The notes beneath the pieces are model-generated. The model saw only the letters and a list, made by a program, of their open reading frames with translations. It ran no database searches and had not been told where the DNA came from. 64,000 nucleotides of DNA, taken from NCBI GenBank assembly GCA_965644265.1, contig OZ286464.1, forward strand, positions 91,946,001-92,010,000, in the 5' to 3' direction. Shown here one piece after another: positions 1 through 13,500 of the stretch; position 1 is the stretch's first letter, and every line of letters starts with the position of its first letter. Both the position numbers and the translations under genes were made by a program. Origin of the DNA: Glycera tridactyla (Eukaryota).

Positions 1-514
1 TGAATCATGATAGTAAACGTGTGGCGATCGTTCTAGTACAACGCCTCCGGCCGAGTATGGCATAATGTGTTTCAATGGCACCCTTTCATCCCGTAAATTT
101 AGTGTTACAGACTATTCTAATTGAACAAATACTGATTCTTTCGCAAATCCAAGATGGCGAGCACGTTTGATAGGATGTTTCCCACACATTCGCCACGTTT
201 CTAACACGAATACAAAATATTCGAGGAGCAGGGATTTTTTTCCTATATGATGTCCTGATCATCACTGGCTTTACTGGGGTTATTCGCCGGTAGGCGGCTT
301 CCCCATGTGTTCCTAGTGATACGTCACAACATGGCGGCAGCCTCGAATGTAAATAAACAATCAAAGAGCTTGATTTCGCAAATTTCGTTCTGGAATTAAA
401 ATACCATTTGGCGATATTTAGCGGGGACGGCTGGATAGATAGGTGTCAGATAACCTATTATATCAAATTGATTGAGAAAAACAGACATTCATTTAGGTGT
501 CGGTTCCACTTTAA
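1..514. mobile_element. probable end of a non-autonomous DNA transposon (TTAA-flanked, Kolobok/piggyBac-like)
   Basis: CpG-rich, caagatggcg/caacatggcggc motifs, ends ggtgtcggttccact|ttaa; the other end would be outside the window. Confidence 0.35.
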
Positions 515-736
515 TATTCTGGAAAACATTTGAATATTTGGAAATATTCATTACTTTAGAATAAGAGATAGTGATAAAAGATATGAGCTGGAATCGAATG
601 GTGATAAGGCACTGGGGGGAGTAGGGGTTGAGCGTAAGGAATTCACTGGAATATACTATTGTATATATTTGATTCAACCCTCGAAAGCCTAGATAAAAAA
701 GCTTCTCATCTTGTGTATGTTTGTTGTGTGTTGCAG

Positions 737-875
737 GTATGTGGGTTTATTGTTGGAGAGCCAGCCCAACTACCTGTACATGGGTCTTATCTCACTCACC
801 GTCATCCTGGCCATACTGCTACTCACCTGGTGTTTCCGACCAGAGTCATCCGAGGACCAGTACTGGGACGATTAA
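737..875 (+). CDS. probable terminal coding exon of an unidentified plus-strand membrane protein (YVGLLLESQPNYLYMGLISLTVILAILLLTWCFRPESSEDQYWDD*)
   Basis: ttgtgtgttgcag acceptor at 735-736, 45 codons with one TM-like stretch and an acidic tail, TAA at 873-875; missed by ORF track. Confidence 0.6.
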
Positions 876-1388
876 CTCATCTCCTCATCCATTTTCATCA
901 AACTTCCTTTTCTTGAAACTTTCATTGTTCCCTTTTTACAGAATATTACCAGAATTGAAGAGATTTTTCACAAAAGATGATCTCCAGAATCTTTCAAGAA
1001 CAGGCTGTCACTTTCAAATCAGGTATCATATATAAGGGGGGGGGGGGGCTAGGCATCTTGTAGAAAGTTTTGATTCCTCCCAGGAAATGTTTTAAGTTCA
1101 AGGGGCATCACTGCTCTTTGTTATTGGATGTGTGAAGCCACCGAGAGTCTGTGTAATGATGCATGTGGCGTTTATCTGTCTCTGTGATCAAGAAACTCCG
1201 TTCATTATTTTGCATTCCTCATCCACAGAAATTGGCCAGTTTACTAGGAAAGGGAGAATTGTAATCTTCACATTCGCCTGAGAGTAAGTTGACATATCAG
1301 CTGCATCTGTTAACTCTACAACAGAAATCTACAACTCAGAGTGGCTGTTGTTTCTTACATAAGCAGCTACCAGCCATCAATCTCACTG

Positions 1389-1536
1389 NNNNNNNNNNNN
1401 NNNNNNNNNNNNNNNNNNNNNNNNNNNNNNNNNNNNNNNNNNNNNNNNNNNNNNNNNNNNNNNNNNNNNNNNNNNNNNNNNNNNNNNNNNNNNNNNNNNN
1501 NNNNNNNNNNNNNNNNNNNNNNNNNNNNNNNNNNNN
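1389..1536. other. assembly gap
   Basis: N run. Confidence 1.
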
Positions 1537-4500
1537 AGGCTCCTTGACTTAGGTGAGCATCTTCCATACTTGAATGAATGTGCAGTTGAGTTTCCACAGC
1601 AGCAGACTTGAGAAGTATCTGTTTAAAAAGCCTGGTTCATTTAGATCTGGCTCTAATCCGGGTTTCCCCATGCCAAAGTACCAGTAGTTGTCTTCCATTT
1701 TGCCCATTCTGGGGTTGCGTGACTTTATCTTTTTCTTACTTGAAATAATCTTTTTCCAAATATATTTCGACTTTCTATTCAAAGCATAGGAGCTACTGTC
1801 AACCCTTTGTCCAGAGTCGACATGCTCAGATAACACCTGCCTGAATGTCTGGGCAATTACTTCATTCTGAATCACCTCTGCACCAAATACCACCTGTATA
1901 TAAAGACCACTCTTTCTAGTCATGATTGACAGTATCTAGTGATGCCATGGATGGAATCATCCATGTTTGTTTTGTCCAGTAACCAAATCTCATGAATCCC
2001 ACCAAATTTTCAAGGGAATACTGTTTGTATTTTGCAAGTCCTTGTAATGCCTGAATTGCAACGTTTGTCATGGACTCGCATTGCTCAAGCCTTATTGCTG
2101 GAGTTCACAGATGGACTTTCAATAATGGGATGTCTAGTAGTGAATTGTCCTGTAATGGTTTGGAACGTGTTCATGTAGGAGATCATTTCAGCTCCTATCA
2201 ATGGTTGTTAACAGCGCCAATTTTATCGCTTCCAATTACTAGTGACGGTTATCAATAGTATTCTCACAATTGATGATTGGCGTTGTGAAACCAACTGATG
2301 GTTGCTTGAATCAAAAGCTTGAAAGTGATTCTTATAGACACCGCTACTCTGCATGCTTTGAAATGTTGGTCATAATTCTTATCTTAGGTCCACTCAGTGA
2401 TATCAGGTGTAAAGGTGTGTGAGGGTGGTAGATTGATCATTCTGTAAATAATCATGCCATTAATTTATAACATCATCCATAACCAATTTTTTTCATTCCT
2501 CTGATATTTGTATTGCGTGTATGTTTGTTCTTTATCTCATTGTGTCAGTATTTTGCCATTCTACAGCAGTCGTCTGTCAATTATCCTCATTTTCTATTAA
2601 AATAAATGAGATGTAACTTGTGTTTGTTGTCTAGCAGTGCTGGCCAGAAGAAGGATTTTTTCAATTCATTGTTCGGTGTTTGAAGAGACGGGAACTATTC
2701 TAAAATTTGCTGCTATTACTGGCACTATTCTGGAGAACTTGTATTCTGATTTATTGAATAGGTGTCTGAATACAGCTCTTGTATGTTGCTGACAAGATCA
2801 AGAGAACCTTGAATTTGTCTCCTCTCCAGACATGGAACATGCGATCTATAATAACAACATGATATGTTTGGGCATTTTGTTACCATTCCATTGAGTTTAT
2901 TATACAGAATATATCATACATGCATCTGAACACTATACAGTATCCTTCACAATTAAATAGAGATAAAGTTGGAAGCATGACAAAGTCCAGGAAGACATAA
3001 CGAAGTACACAAGATTGATTCAAACTGGAGATAATTATCTTTGCTTGATACAGGTAAATCCATTATTATCAACCTGCAGTGTATATTATGGATTATCGCA
3101 GTTTTTGAATATTCCCTGGGTTCAAAATCAGTAGAGAAAGCCAATTGCAAATGAATTCAATGTGATCTTGATTAATCATGAAATTTATAACATTGTTTCC
3201 CACTTTATATCCCAGGTCGCAGAATTTCTGCCTTATGAAGACTGCTCAGAGGACATGAATGACCCTTAATTTTAGATTCTCTTTGCAGAATGATCAAAGA
3301 GCACAGTGTCTTTCTCAACTGCTCCAAGACTAGTTATAATGTTTTTTGTTTGGTTGGCATCTGATGGCATTATCAACCCAGGGGATTACAATGAGCATGC
3401 ACTTCAATGAGATGGAATCAAAATCATTTTACAACTAAAGTCCCCAAATGTAAAGATTATGGGGGAAATGTCAGATCAGTCAATGCCAGAGCTAGACATC
3501 ATTGGACCGAAAATTTGCATGTATGGTTGATTTAACAGACATGATATAAAATGAATATTCTTATCAACCAATCATCTGAAATTATGAGTTATAAACAGCA
3601 TACTTAGAGGGAATGGACATTATCCAGCAGTTTGTTGATATCATTACACACCATCAAAGCAACTAGGCATGTCGCCTCCAAAGGGAATATATATTTGAGC
3701 ACCAATGAATCAGGTAATGGTATAAACATATAGGATGATATATGAATAACAATGAAGAAGCTAGCATCATATGAGCAATGTCTTATATAACAGCAGTTTT
3801 CACAATCACACCTGAGCCTAGATTCCATCTACCGGTTCATACATGCTGTATGGCCCCCGAGAACCTTGTCACCAGAGAAACATCTGGAATGTAGCATTAA
3901 TGGATCCCAATGCATAGCATACTGCCATCCACAAAGGACCTCAATTTGTCCCATCACAGAACTCCGCAATATCCCAGTTTGGGTCCATTGACACTAGGTT
4001 GCATCCAGAGGGGGCATGAAAGCATTTCACATACATCCGTTTTGTTACAGTACAGGTCTTTTTCCAGTTCGGGGCCACAATGCCCCATGAATATAGCCCA
4101 TATGGTGCTCAGAGGACATGAATGACCCTTAAATCGACAACACCAAATGAAATGAAATCAAATAATATACATATCATGTTGCACTGTTATAGCTCAGCTC
4201 TACCCATACACATGCCACTCTCCAAGCTGTAGAGACTCCTCCCTATGATCATGCTTACTTTATTTACACTGAAACAACTCAACTGTAAACTCAATGGAAT
4301 GATGAAAGACTCTCTTTGAACGCAAACAGAAGGCCTAGATAAACATCATGTATTGATAGCCATGCAATCTTTGCAGAATATTTTAACTTCTTTTCTCAAA
4401 AAAGTGGTATTGTCACAGATTCATCTACATTTGATCAAACTTTTCGTCATAAAATGAGTTGATCAAGACAGATTTGTGACCATTGAAAATCTAAGATATG

Positions 4501-5699
4501 ATTTTGCTAAGAAAATTCACACCAGAGAAATGTCCCAATTCCATCACAGTTTTTTTCCAGGCCAATATTCTTCATCTCATCATAATAAATCAAGTAATAG
4601 ATGAATTAGATGATCCAAGAGGTATTATGAAATTATATCATATACCAGGAGATTGGTTTGGCGTGAAGTTCTTAGGATGAAAGACCAAGAAATATCCCCG
4701 AAGAGGTCCCACAGAATGATTGGTTTTGGTAGATTTGGGCTGTCAGTATAGGCCTAATTGTGTTTCAAACAAATGTAATCTGGACATTTTTCACACCTTT
4801 TTAGCATATTAATGGAAATTACTTCCTTTTCTGCAGTTCATATCAACCACACTCAGGACAACTCTAAAACTATACCCTCAGAAAGAAAACTTTTATCCAG
4901 CAACTCTGCTGGACTATGTACAAAAAAATAACATCAGTAGAAAAAGCATGAGATAAGCAAATATATAAATGCAAGGCCAGTTACTCATATAGCACAAACA
5001 ATGCCTTGACCATAACATGACATATTAAGCACATATACAAAAATAATCATAACCCTCAAGTGCTGGTTGACAAGCAAACTGACATCTCCATCATATTCAA
5101 ATCTAATCTCAACTTATTACATCATATATCAGCACTTAATGGGTTACCATACACATCCTCTTACTCCACAAGGTTGGCTTTCTGAATGTAACGGCTCAAA
5201 CTCACTGACAAGGGCTGAGATCCAGTCTTGATCATCAAGAAAACGTGACAGTCAACCTTGCTGGTCATTAGTGAATTTGAATGTTACATCCAATATTCAG
5301 GCAACAGTATTAGAATACATCTCATGGCAGAAGTGCCACTGCCTGGGTTCTTAGCCAGTTTTAAGTCTGGGAATGGACATGGAGTTTTCAATACATCAGT
5401 TTGCAGGCCGGGAAGCATGAATGTTTGTCCAGCCCACACTGCGTAATTCCGAAAATGTGTCTCAGATCCATGCTACACTGATACATCTCTATGTAACATG
5501 GATATAATTCGGCCTATGACTTGAAGAAATATTAAATCTGACGATTGATGGCTATAAACCTTGCAATGATTTGTATTCTATTTCTGTTTCCTGAATCCTG
5601 CAACACCATTATTTGGATAATTTCCTGAACTTTTGCCACAATAGCAAAAAATCAAAAACATCTCTGGAACATGGCTGTGATCCAGGTTTTATTGAGATT

Positions 5700-6200
5700 G
5701 TATGGGTTTATTTTCTCGCATTTCAGGAAATTAGGTCCAAGTATCGTGGCATGACTGCGGATCAGAAGCAGCACTGACGGGTTATGGCACATGAGATAGT
5801 TACATCCTATAACGAGATTCTAGACTCCTCCAGTCTCACATGTGATCACTGATCACACCAAATACAAGGTCACAGATTCAATAACGCTACAACAAGAAAT
5901 GACTCCACTTGGAATGCAATTAATGTGGAATGCATTACTCATTGAGTACAGATGGAAACCAGAGTCAAACCTAATGGCAGGCAAGCTGGCGTCCTCACGC
6001 GGATACTCGCCTTCTGTATAGCACATTCTTCAATAAATTACTAAACAGCTAATCCTCAGCATCAACATTCTCTCTCTCACTCAAGAGAGGATAGTCCTAT
6101 CTGCAGATGAGCTGGCCACTCGACGCTACCATATCTGCACACTACTCAACTGCATTTGCACCTCTCCCCTCTCCCACACTGACAGATCTGCTTAATCATG
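5700..6200 (+). mobile_element. highly degenerate LINE RT C-terminal remnant
   Basis: Broken-frame similarity to CR1/L2 motifs (ILDSSSLTCDH; LSLTQERIVL..LATRR). Confidence 0.3.
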
Positions 6201-6990
6201 TCCACCAATTATCTCATTAGCAAAATGAAGTCTTGGCCATCACTGACCGATATCTGGTGGAATATTGGCAGCAATATAAGAATAATAGAATCCTGGTTTG
6301 GTTTCATTGAGGAAACTCAATAATTGCTGAGAGTGAATCAGACTTACTGGTGCCATACTCCCAAATAGACAAAACATTAGGCAACCCTGAAAATATCTCA
6401 GGACTTGTTTAATTTCATCTATATCATCTATAGATACTATAGATTTATCGTATTACATCTGTTCCATTACAAGATCATTTCCAATGTATATTTCATCACC
6501 ATTTTCTCAGAATGCATGCATGCTGTGGTGTGAATTAAACCAAGCTCACAACTTCTCAACAGAATCAATTATCATATGTGAAATGGGACCTTGAGTGTCT
6601 GTGAATTTCATAAATTTTCACCTTCCGTTTGGGACCCAGAAGGAGGAGTCTTGGAAGATCCCACCCATGCCCATTGCATCGGCATCACAATATAGCCCAG
6701 ATGGTGCTGACGTGACGTTAAGCCACAACCAACCAAACCAAGAATCAATTATCCGGTTTCTCCATATTTCGGGGCATCCTTAATTATGATCTCATGGTTT
6801 TACGTATTCCTATTATCTAGATTCGCTGGTGTAAACCGTTGCTTATTCTGATAGTCAGGAAGCAGTTGATGAGAGCTGCAGTCCTGTAGGAGAGCATGCC
6901 CAGTTATGACGGCTTCTAATATTACTGCAACTATTACTCAATGAGTGGCAGTGTTTGCTGGTGTTAGAAGTAAACATGACGATAACTTCA

Positions 6991-7250
6991 AACTAGAATG
7001 ACTCATTCTGTTCAAAAGTAAATACAGAACAGGGATAACATATTCTGTTCAGTACCAGATAAAAAATTAGTATGACTCATTCTCCTAAGTAGTATTCCTC
7101 AAACATGTATGACTCAAATCAGAATGACTCATCCTGATCAGTATTAAATCCGGAACAAGAATGACTCATTTAGCTCAGTCATAACCATCTACCTTGAATG
7201 ACTTCATTCAGCAGTACACATCAACCTAGAATGACTCATTCTGTTCAGTA
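6991..7250. repeat. degenerate ~37-bp-period repeat with conserved GAATGACTCATTC core, immediately 3' of the cadherin stop
   Basis: TGACTCA at 6999, 7073, 7110, 7125, 7162, 7232 and a variant at 7199. Confidence 0.75.
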
Positions 7251-7514
7251 ATAATTCTCATCAGGATGAACTGAGTCGTAATGCTGGGAATGCTCATAAG
7301 ATCGTGATTCGTATCGGACAGAATCATAGGTGGGTGGGTTGTACGCCCCACTTTGCTGGATGAAGGGACTGGGTGGTGACTGGTAAGGGCTGATGGGTGT
7401 ATGTGGTGGCTGGTAGGTTCCCAGTAATATTTCTCCTTGGTACATGCCATCGGGGAAGAAAGCATCATCATTGACGACCGGCACTCGGGTTGCGCCCCCA
7501 ACCACCTCCAGAGG
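7245..7514 (-). CDS. probable terminal cadherin exon, Pro/Tyr/Ser-rich, ends HPDENYY*
   Basis: tctcag acceptor (alternative AG at 7506-7507), open to TGA at 7247-7245, phase 0. Confidence 0.62.
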   Translation of the reverse strand, partial: PLEVVGGATRVPVVNDDAFFPDGMYQGEILLGTYQPPHTPISPYQSPPSPFIQQSGAYNPPTYDSVRYESRSYEHSQHYDSVHPDENYY

Positions 7515-10500
7515 CTGAGACTGGTATGCTCGAGGCCAAGTAGGTATGTATCTTTAAAGCAAAAGAGAGGTTTCCCGTAATGATACATGCAAATCCACAG
7601 TGGAAGTCAGGATACATTTAGAAATCAGGTGAGAACTGGATGAAATTCAAATTACATTCCCATCTGGATGACAACTCTCCTACCCAGTGGAGAGGTGACA
7701 TCACGGAGAAATAGAAATTCCACATAAACTGGGAATTGTTCGGCCAGGGGCTTGCTTGTCATATCTTCATTCGCAAAGACAGGTTTTCATCCAGGATTTC
7801 ACAAATTGGATCATTTGCCCCCTGAAATTTCAGGAAAGGGGACATTCTTCCAGGAAATTCCCAAAAGTGGGTTCATTCAATGAGGATTGAGAGCCGGCTT
7901 CTCATCAGTTTTGGGGGAATTGTGGCCCTTGATGTTCTCAAAAAGGGACCCATACTTGATTAAGTGCATTAAATGGCTCCCTTTTGATGCATCCCTGCAA
8001 AGGGATGATAGATAAGTGGTCATTGAAAGTGCTGGCTATTCTTGGACATATGCTCATTGTACTATTACTTTGTAAAGTGAAAAGTTGTATAAATGCCATG
8101 TAGGGAAAGACTGAAATACAGCACCTGATAGGCCAGACATGACTAGAATATGACTATGATACTTACGATTCACCACCGACTGTATTATAGTAGGTAGGAC
8201 TGAGACTGTATCCATCTGATCGTACGCTGAAGCTGTGCTGGGATAGATCGGTTTGTGAGCTGTGCAATGTTGCACCAATGGCTGCAGAATGATACGGCTC
8301 CTGCAACAACAAATTCCAAATGTAGCACATACCTCTCTGCAATACATCAATCATCAATACAAGTTCATCCAGGAGAAGTATGGAATTATCATGCCCATGC
8401 CTACTGCATGGGCATCACAAAAGTGCTCAGATGGTTTTCACAGGATGTAAAACCAGCAAACCTCTGACCATAGTTGAAGGGAGGTAAAAGATCAGCCAAT
8501 TATTTTGGTAAGAAAAAAACGACTTCGGGCCAATTACATACAAATGACAAGACCAAAATGTCATTGATTGATGAATAGTTAACAGACCAAGATTCCTGCA
8601 GACATATGCATATGAAGCTTGTCAACAGGGAAAGGTATGCACATATGATTGATCAGGTTTAACTTACAGCAAGGGAGAGGTTTCCAGTAGCAATCATGGG
8701 CATAGACCGATGATGTTCGACCTGAGTGCCTACAGATGAGCTAGGTCGATGTACACCAAGCACGGATGCTGATCGAATTCCTGAATCGCTGTCACGCGGC
8801 TCCAAGCCAGCGATGATCATTGGCGTTGTTCCTGGTGCGAGGGTGCTGACAGTCTCACCACCGCTATCAATGTACATCTGGAATGAGACATTTGCGGATG
8901 CAAAGTGAAAATATGATGAGGAAATCTTCATCCACTTTCCATTGTATTGACAATGATTAGAATTCACTTTGTTCCACATGTACTATTCAGTATAATGTTC
9001 AGTTGATACAAGGACTACTTGATCAACTCCATACTAATATTAATTTCGAATGTGTGTGTATACTCTGGAAGAGATGAAAGTCAGTGCTACTCATATGGAC
9101 TTTCAAATGATATTCTGAATTCAGTTAGGTGATACAAATAACGTGACAAACTTCTGGTTCCCTAGTTACTGGTAAGTAGTATCAGAATACTTTGTCAGGT
9201 CATGCAAGTTAAGTGGCTTCAGGCTCAATTCGGTTTCTTATAAAGATAGATTGGCAGAAATCTACTCAACTTGGTATGAGTAGCTTGAGCTGGCACAATT
9301 GCAGGAATATGGACTCTATTCACCCTAGCCTACTTAGCCCACTCAAATCCATTTTGGAAGAAATGTCTGGGTTTCAGTATAGCACATATGATGTCAAGCT
9401 ACTTTCCATGACCATCCCATATCAAGCATGCTGCACATTGTGGTCAGCTTCAAGCCAATGACATCAAAATTAATATCAGGGAGTAAAATATTTTCACTGG
9501 GAGGATCTGTTCTATTATTCTTCTTGATTACCCGATGGGATATGTTTGACCAATCAGCAGCCTGAGAATCATTATGCAGGTTGGTGTACTCCTGTTAATT
9601 CTCCCCCCTTCCTCACCATCAGCAGCATGAATCAAGATGTGTAATGTGAAAAACCAAAATGATTTTACAGCACAATTTGATGAAGCTTACCTCCTGCCTC
9701 ATCTGATTGTGTTCATAGTTCATCTGATATTCATTCTGGGTTGTTGTGGTGATACCACCAGTTCCAGCGCCGACGCCGATGAGCGCTGTACCATTTGCGG
9801 CGGATGTAAGGGACGTCTCAGCACGGTTGTCAATCTCGTCTCCCACAAATCCTTCATTCACCGTTCCCGTCAGTTTGATCTCATCTACTTGGTCGAGAGC
9901 CATGTTCAGTTCCTGGATATCAGAAATTCAGAAAGTCTTCTTGATGCTCATGATAATGGTTGGGTTTTGTTGAACTCACAATGAGGTCCCAGGGCTCTAC
10001 ATCGAGGCCTGTCCTACTGGCAAGAATAAGTGGATTGATTGGTATAGCAGGTATTTCCATCAGTCTACCTGTCCTATGCTAAAGGTTTTTGAACATTATT
10101 TCAATGCACAGACATGATGACTTCCAATGGCTTGAGTGATATATTTAAAAGAGTATTGGCCCCGAAAAACAGTTCATACAAATATGAATCAGTATCTTTG
10201 GTGATTTGCTCAATTACATACAAGGATTCTGGGAGGATACAATAGCAGGTTGATTGTAATGAAGTGTGACAAATCATTCATTCTTCAACTGTAATAAAGT
10301 TGATTCATCAAAATAAATACAGCAAGCCTAATTGCAGCATACCGGTAATTCCAATCATGACTAGGTTTGCACCAAGACCAATAGGTGTGGACAACAGCTG
10401 GGAAATTAATCAGTCAGCCAGTCTGAATCCACCCACACACACACAAACACACGCGCATGCATGCACGCATGCACACCCACATGCATGCACACATGCACAN

Positions 10501-13500
10501 NNNNNNNNNNNNNNNNNNNNNNNNNNNNNNNNNNNNNNNNNNNNNNNNNNNNNNNNNNNNNNNNNNNNNNNNNNNNNNNNNNNNNNNNNNNNNNNNNNNN
10601 NNNNNNNNNNNNNNNNNNNNNNNNNNNNNNNNNNNNNNNNNNNNNNNNTACAAAACTGTAGATCAAAAAAACATACCTGATCCTCATACAGCTTTTCTCT
10701 CCTGGAAACAAAAAATGGAAAAAATTAGTCCCAGAATAAATGACATATTCAAAGTCAATGTACACAAATATTTCAGTCACCAAAGTCATTTACAGGACAG
10801 AACAAGGATATCAAGGCTGCATGAGTAGATGTAGTCATATTTCTGTGATCTCAAACATGGNNNNNNNNNNNNNNNNNNNNNNNNNNNNNNNNNNNNNNNN
10901 NNNNNNNNNNNNNNNNNNNNNNNNNNNNNNNNNNNNNNNNNNNNNNNNNNNNNNNNNNNNNNNNNNNNNNNNNNNNNNNNNNNNNNNNNNNNNNNNNNNN
11001 NNNNNNNNNNNNNNNNNNNNNNNNNNNNNNNNNNNNNNNNNNNNNNNNNNNNNNNNNNNNNNNNNNNNNNNNNNNNNNNNNNNNNNNNNNNNNNNNNNNN
11101 NNNNNNNNNNNNNNNNNNNNNNNNNNNNNNNNNNNNNNNNNNNNNNNNNNNNNNNNNNNNNNNNNNNNNNNNNNNNNNNNNNNNCAAGCATGTACATGAT
11201 TGAATTTCTCATTGACTGATTTGTTTGGGTGAACAGCATGTCTCCGAACATGTTACAATGTATCCTCGAGTGAAAAGGAATGCTTTGTCCCATCCGAGGA
11301 TCACCCTTCTCAAAGACCCTCAGCAAAATGACTGGGAGTTGAGATCAAAAGGATCAATACCCCCAGATTTACAAGGGGTGTAAAGATGCATATCACAAGA
11401 GAATGAATGTTTAATGTACATGTCTTCATCAAAGTCATTATCAACAGATTCAGGCACTCATGGTGCACAAGTTGGACCAACTCATCAATGACATCTCAAT
11501 ATCTATACAAGTAACTTGCATCCAGACCACCATCCTCTAGACTCAAACGTTCTGTTGCACCTATACATGGCAGTGAGATGACATCTGCCCAATATGTTAA
11601 ATTCATGCAGAAACCTTTCAGTTTGCATACACTTGTAGGTTATTCTCTCGATTAGAATTGTTATGACCATGCTGCATTATGTCTAGCCTATAATGTGGGT
11701 AAGAATGTCACTCCAACATTTGCAATCTACAACCTGAGCATGCATAATGTTAGCTACTTCTCTAAACAAACAGTCCATCAATTCCCACTCAATCCACCAC
11801 AATTTTCTAGGCAGGTTACACAAACTAATGACCTCCCTCGTCACAATGATCTCAGCAGATTCATAGACATTGTGGGAATCATTATGCTCCAGTTTCTTGT
11901 CTGCAGTTAAACTTGTGCTGGCTTAATCAACTCCCTGTGGCTATCTGCAGCTCTCAAATGTTGCCACAATTTGAGTAAGTATGGCTCCCTTTACATACGT
12001 TGAGCCATCATTACCTGGGCTGCATTCTATCAGATTGATCAAAGGATACACACTTCTTCCAGGCAGCAAAAAATTGTTTGAGCATTGAAGCTTTCTAAAT
12101 ATGCTTGCACATCTTATGTTTTGTGTACATGTGGAAACCACAAAGCAGGTGAGGTGCATACAACAACAAAACTGAAATATAGATATGGTGTTATGCAAGC
12201 ACAGCAAATGTGTGAAAGTAAAGACAAAGATGCTGATATACACCGGAGTCTAAGTGCTGTCAATACCTGCTTCTCCATTCATTTTCTGATAAGCTCAAAT
12301 ATAGATCTTGTTTACACTTCTGACTGATGTATGCCGAGTTACTGACAAGCTTGCTTCAGCGGCTAGCAATCCATCTCAATCAGCAATCACAAAAATTATT
12401 TCAAACAGACATGGGTGTTAAAGTAATCTGATTGCACTTGGCCATGCCACTAGGCATGGGAGCCAGTGATGCCTATAATCATGCAGGCAAGACAACTGAG
12501 TATGCCAGATAACAAAGCGACTTTTACGTCCCACTAAAACTTCAACTTTGCTCAACATGTGAAAAATTGTCCGTCGTGTGTGTGATTCGAGAATAAGGCG
12601 GCTTCACTGATAATTTCTGAAAAACTGACTCACAAAGTCATGAAACGAGCACTTTCATGTGAGATAATCCAAGATGGCGGCTTTTGTTTACATCATCAAA
12701 ACTGCTGACCTATTCACCAATTTTTAAGTGAGCTGAAGCGTCAATGTATTGCTATCATTTGCAGACATGATGGTCCGGCCATTCTCAACTAAAGTGGCCA
12801 CCTGAATAGGCCTAATCCCACCGACAATTAGGAGCTTGGTTCAGGAGTGTGGACAGTCTACAACTGACAACTTCTACTGGTACCTACGAGGGCCCAATTA
12901 CAAGGGAAAATAGGTTCAGACATCTACAATGTCTACAATGTTAACTTGAAGAGACCCACATGGATACAAACCATGGGTCAGCTGTCTTGCATGATCTACA
13001 GGTGACCATTCCTTCTTGGCGAGACCCAAAATGATGGGGATTAGAATCCAGAATCATAATGATGGGAAAAGTAATACATGTAATATGTGTATTGACAAAG
13101 ATAATTGTATCTTCTCAACATACTATATAAGGTTTGGAGAGAAATCTGATGACTGGATGTAGGCATATCATCATTGAAAAAAATTGAATTGCTTATTTGT
13201 TCTTGAATGCATGGGAGATTCACCTCTGAAATTAAATCTGTTTGAGGGACTGTATCTGAGCAATTATATAATGAATAGAGATGTTCCAGAGTTGTGATGG
13301 GAAGAATATGATCAAATTTATTCAAAATATCAGTGATACAATATTAATGATTGAAGACACAGTTTTGATATTCAAATGGGGGGATATTCAACACACACTA
13401 ACTTAACTAGCTTCTAAACCCACCTATGAGCCTACCATTCAAAAATATTCCAGATTATACATCATGTCACACAATACAGGTGTTACAACAGTGTCACATG

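Noticed and set aside
1950-2300. Possible DIRS/Ngaro RNase H remnant (LEAIKLAL...LKIWWI) on the minus strand
   Set aside because: Motifs are scattered over frames with many stops; too weak to call.
6991-7250. CRISPR-like repeat-spacer look of the TGACTCA array (and of the 44-bp and 50-bp arrays)
   Set aside because: Eukaryotic intron/UTR context with no cas genes. The repeats are either too degenerate or lack unique spacers.
10343-10397. 55-nt candidate cytoplasmic exon
   Set aside because: The only frame that would join exon 9912 in phase contains a TAG.
1340-11326. ORFs in the track that run through X stretches
   Set aside because: Artefacts of translating assembly gaps.
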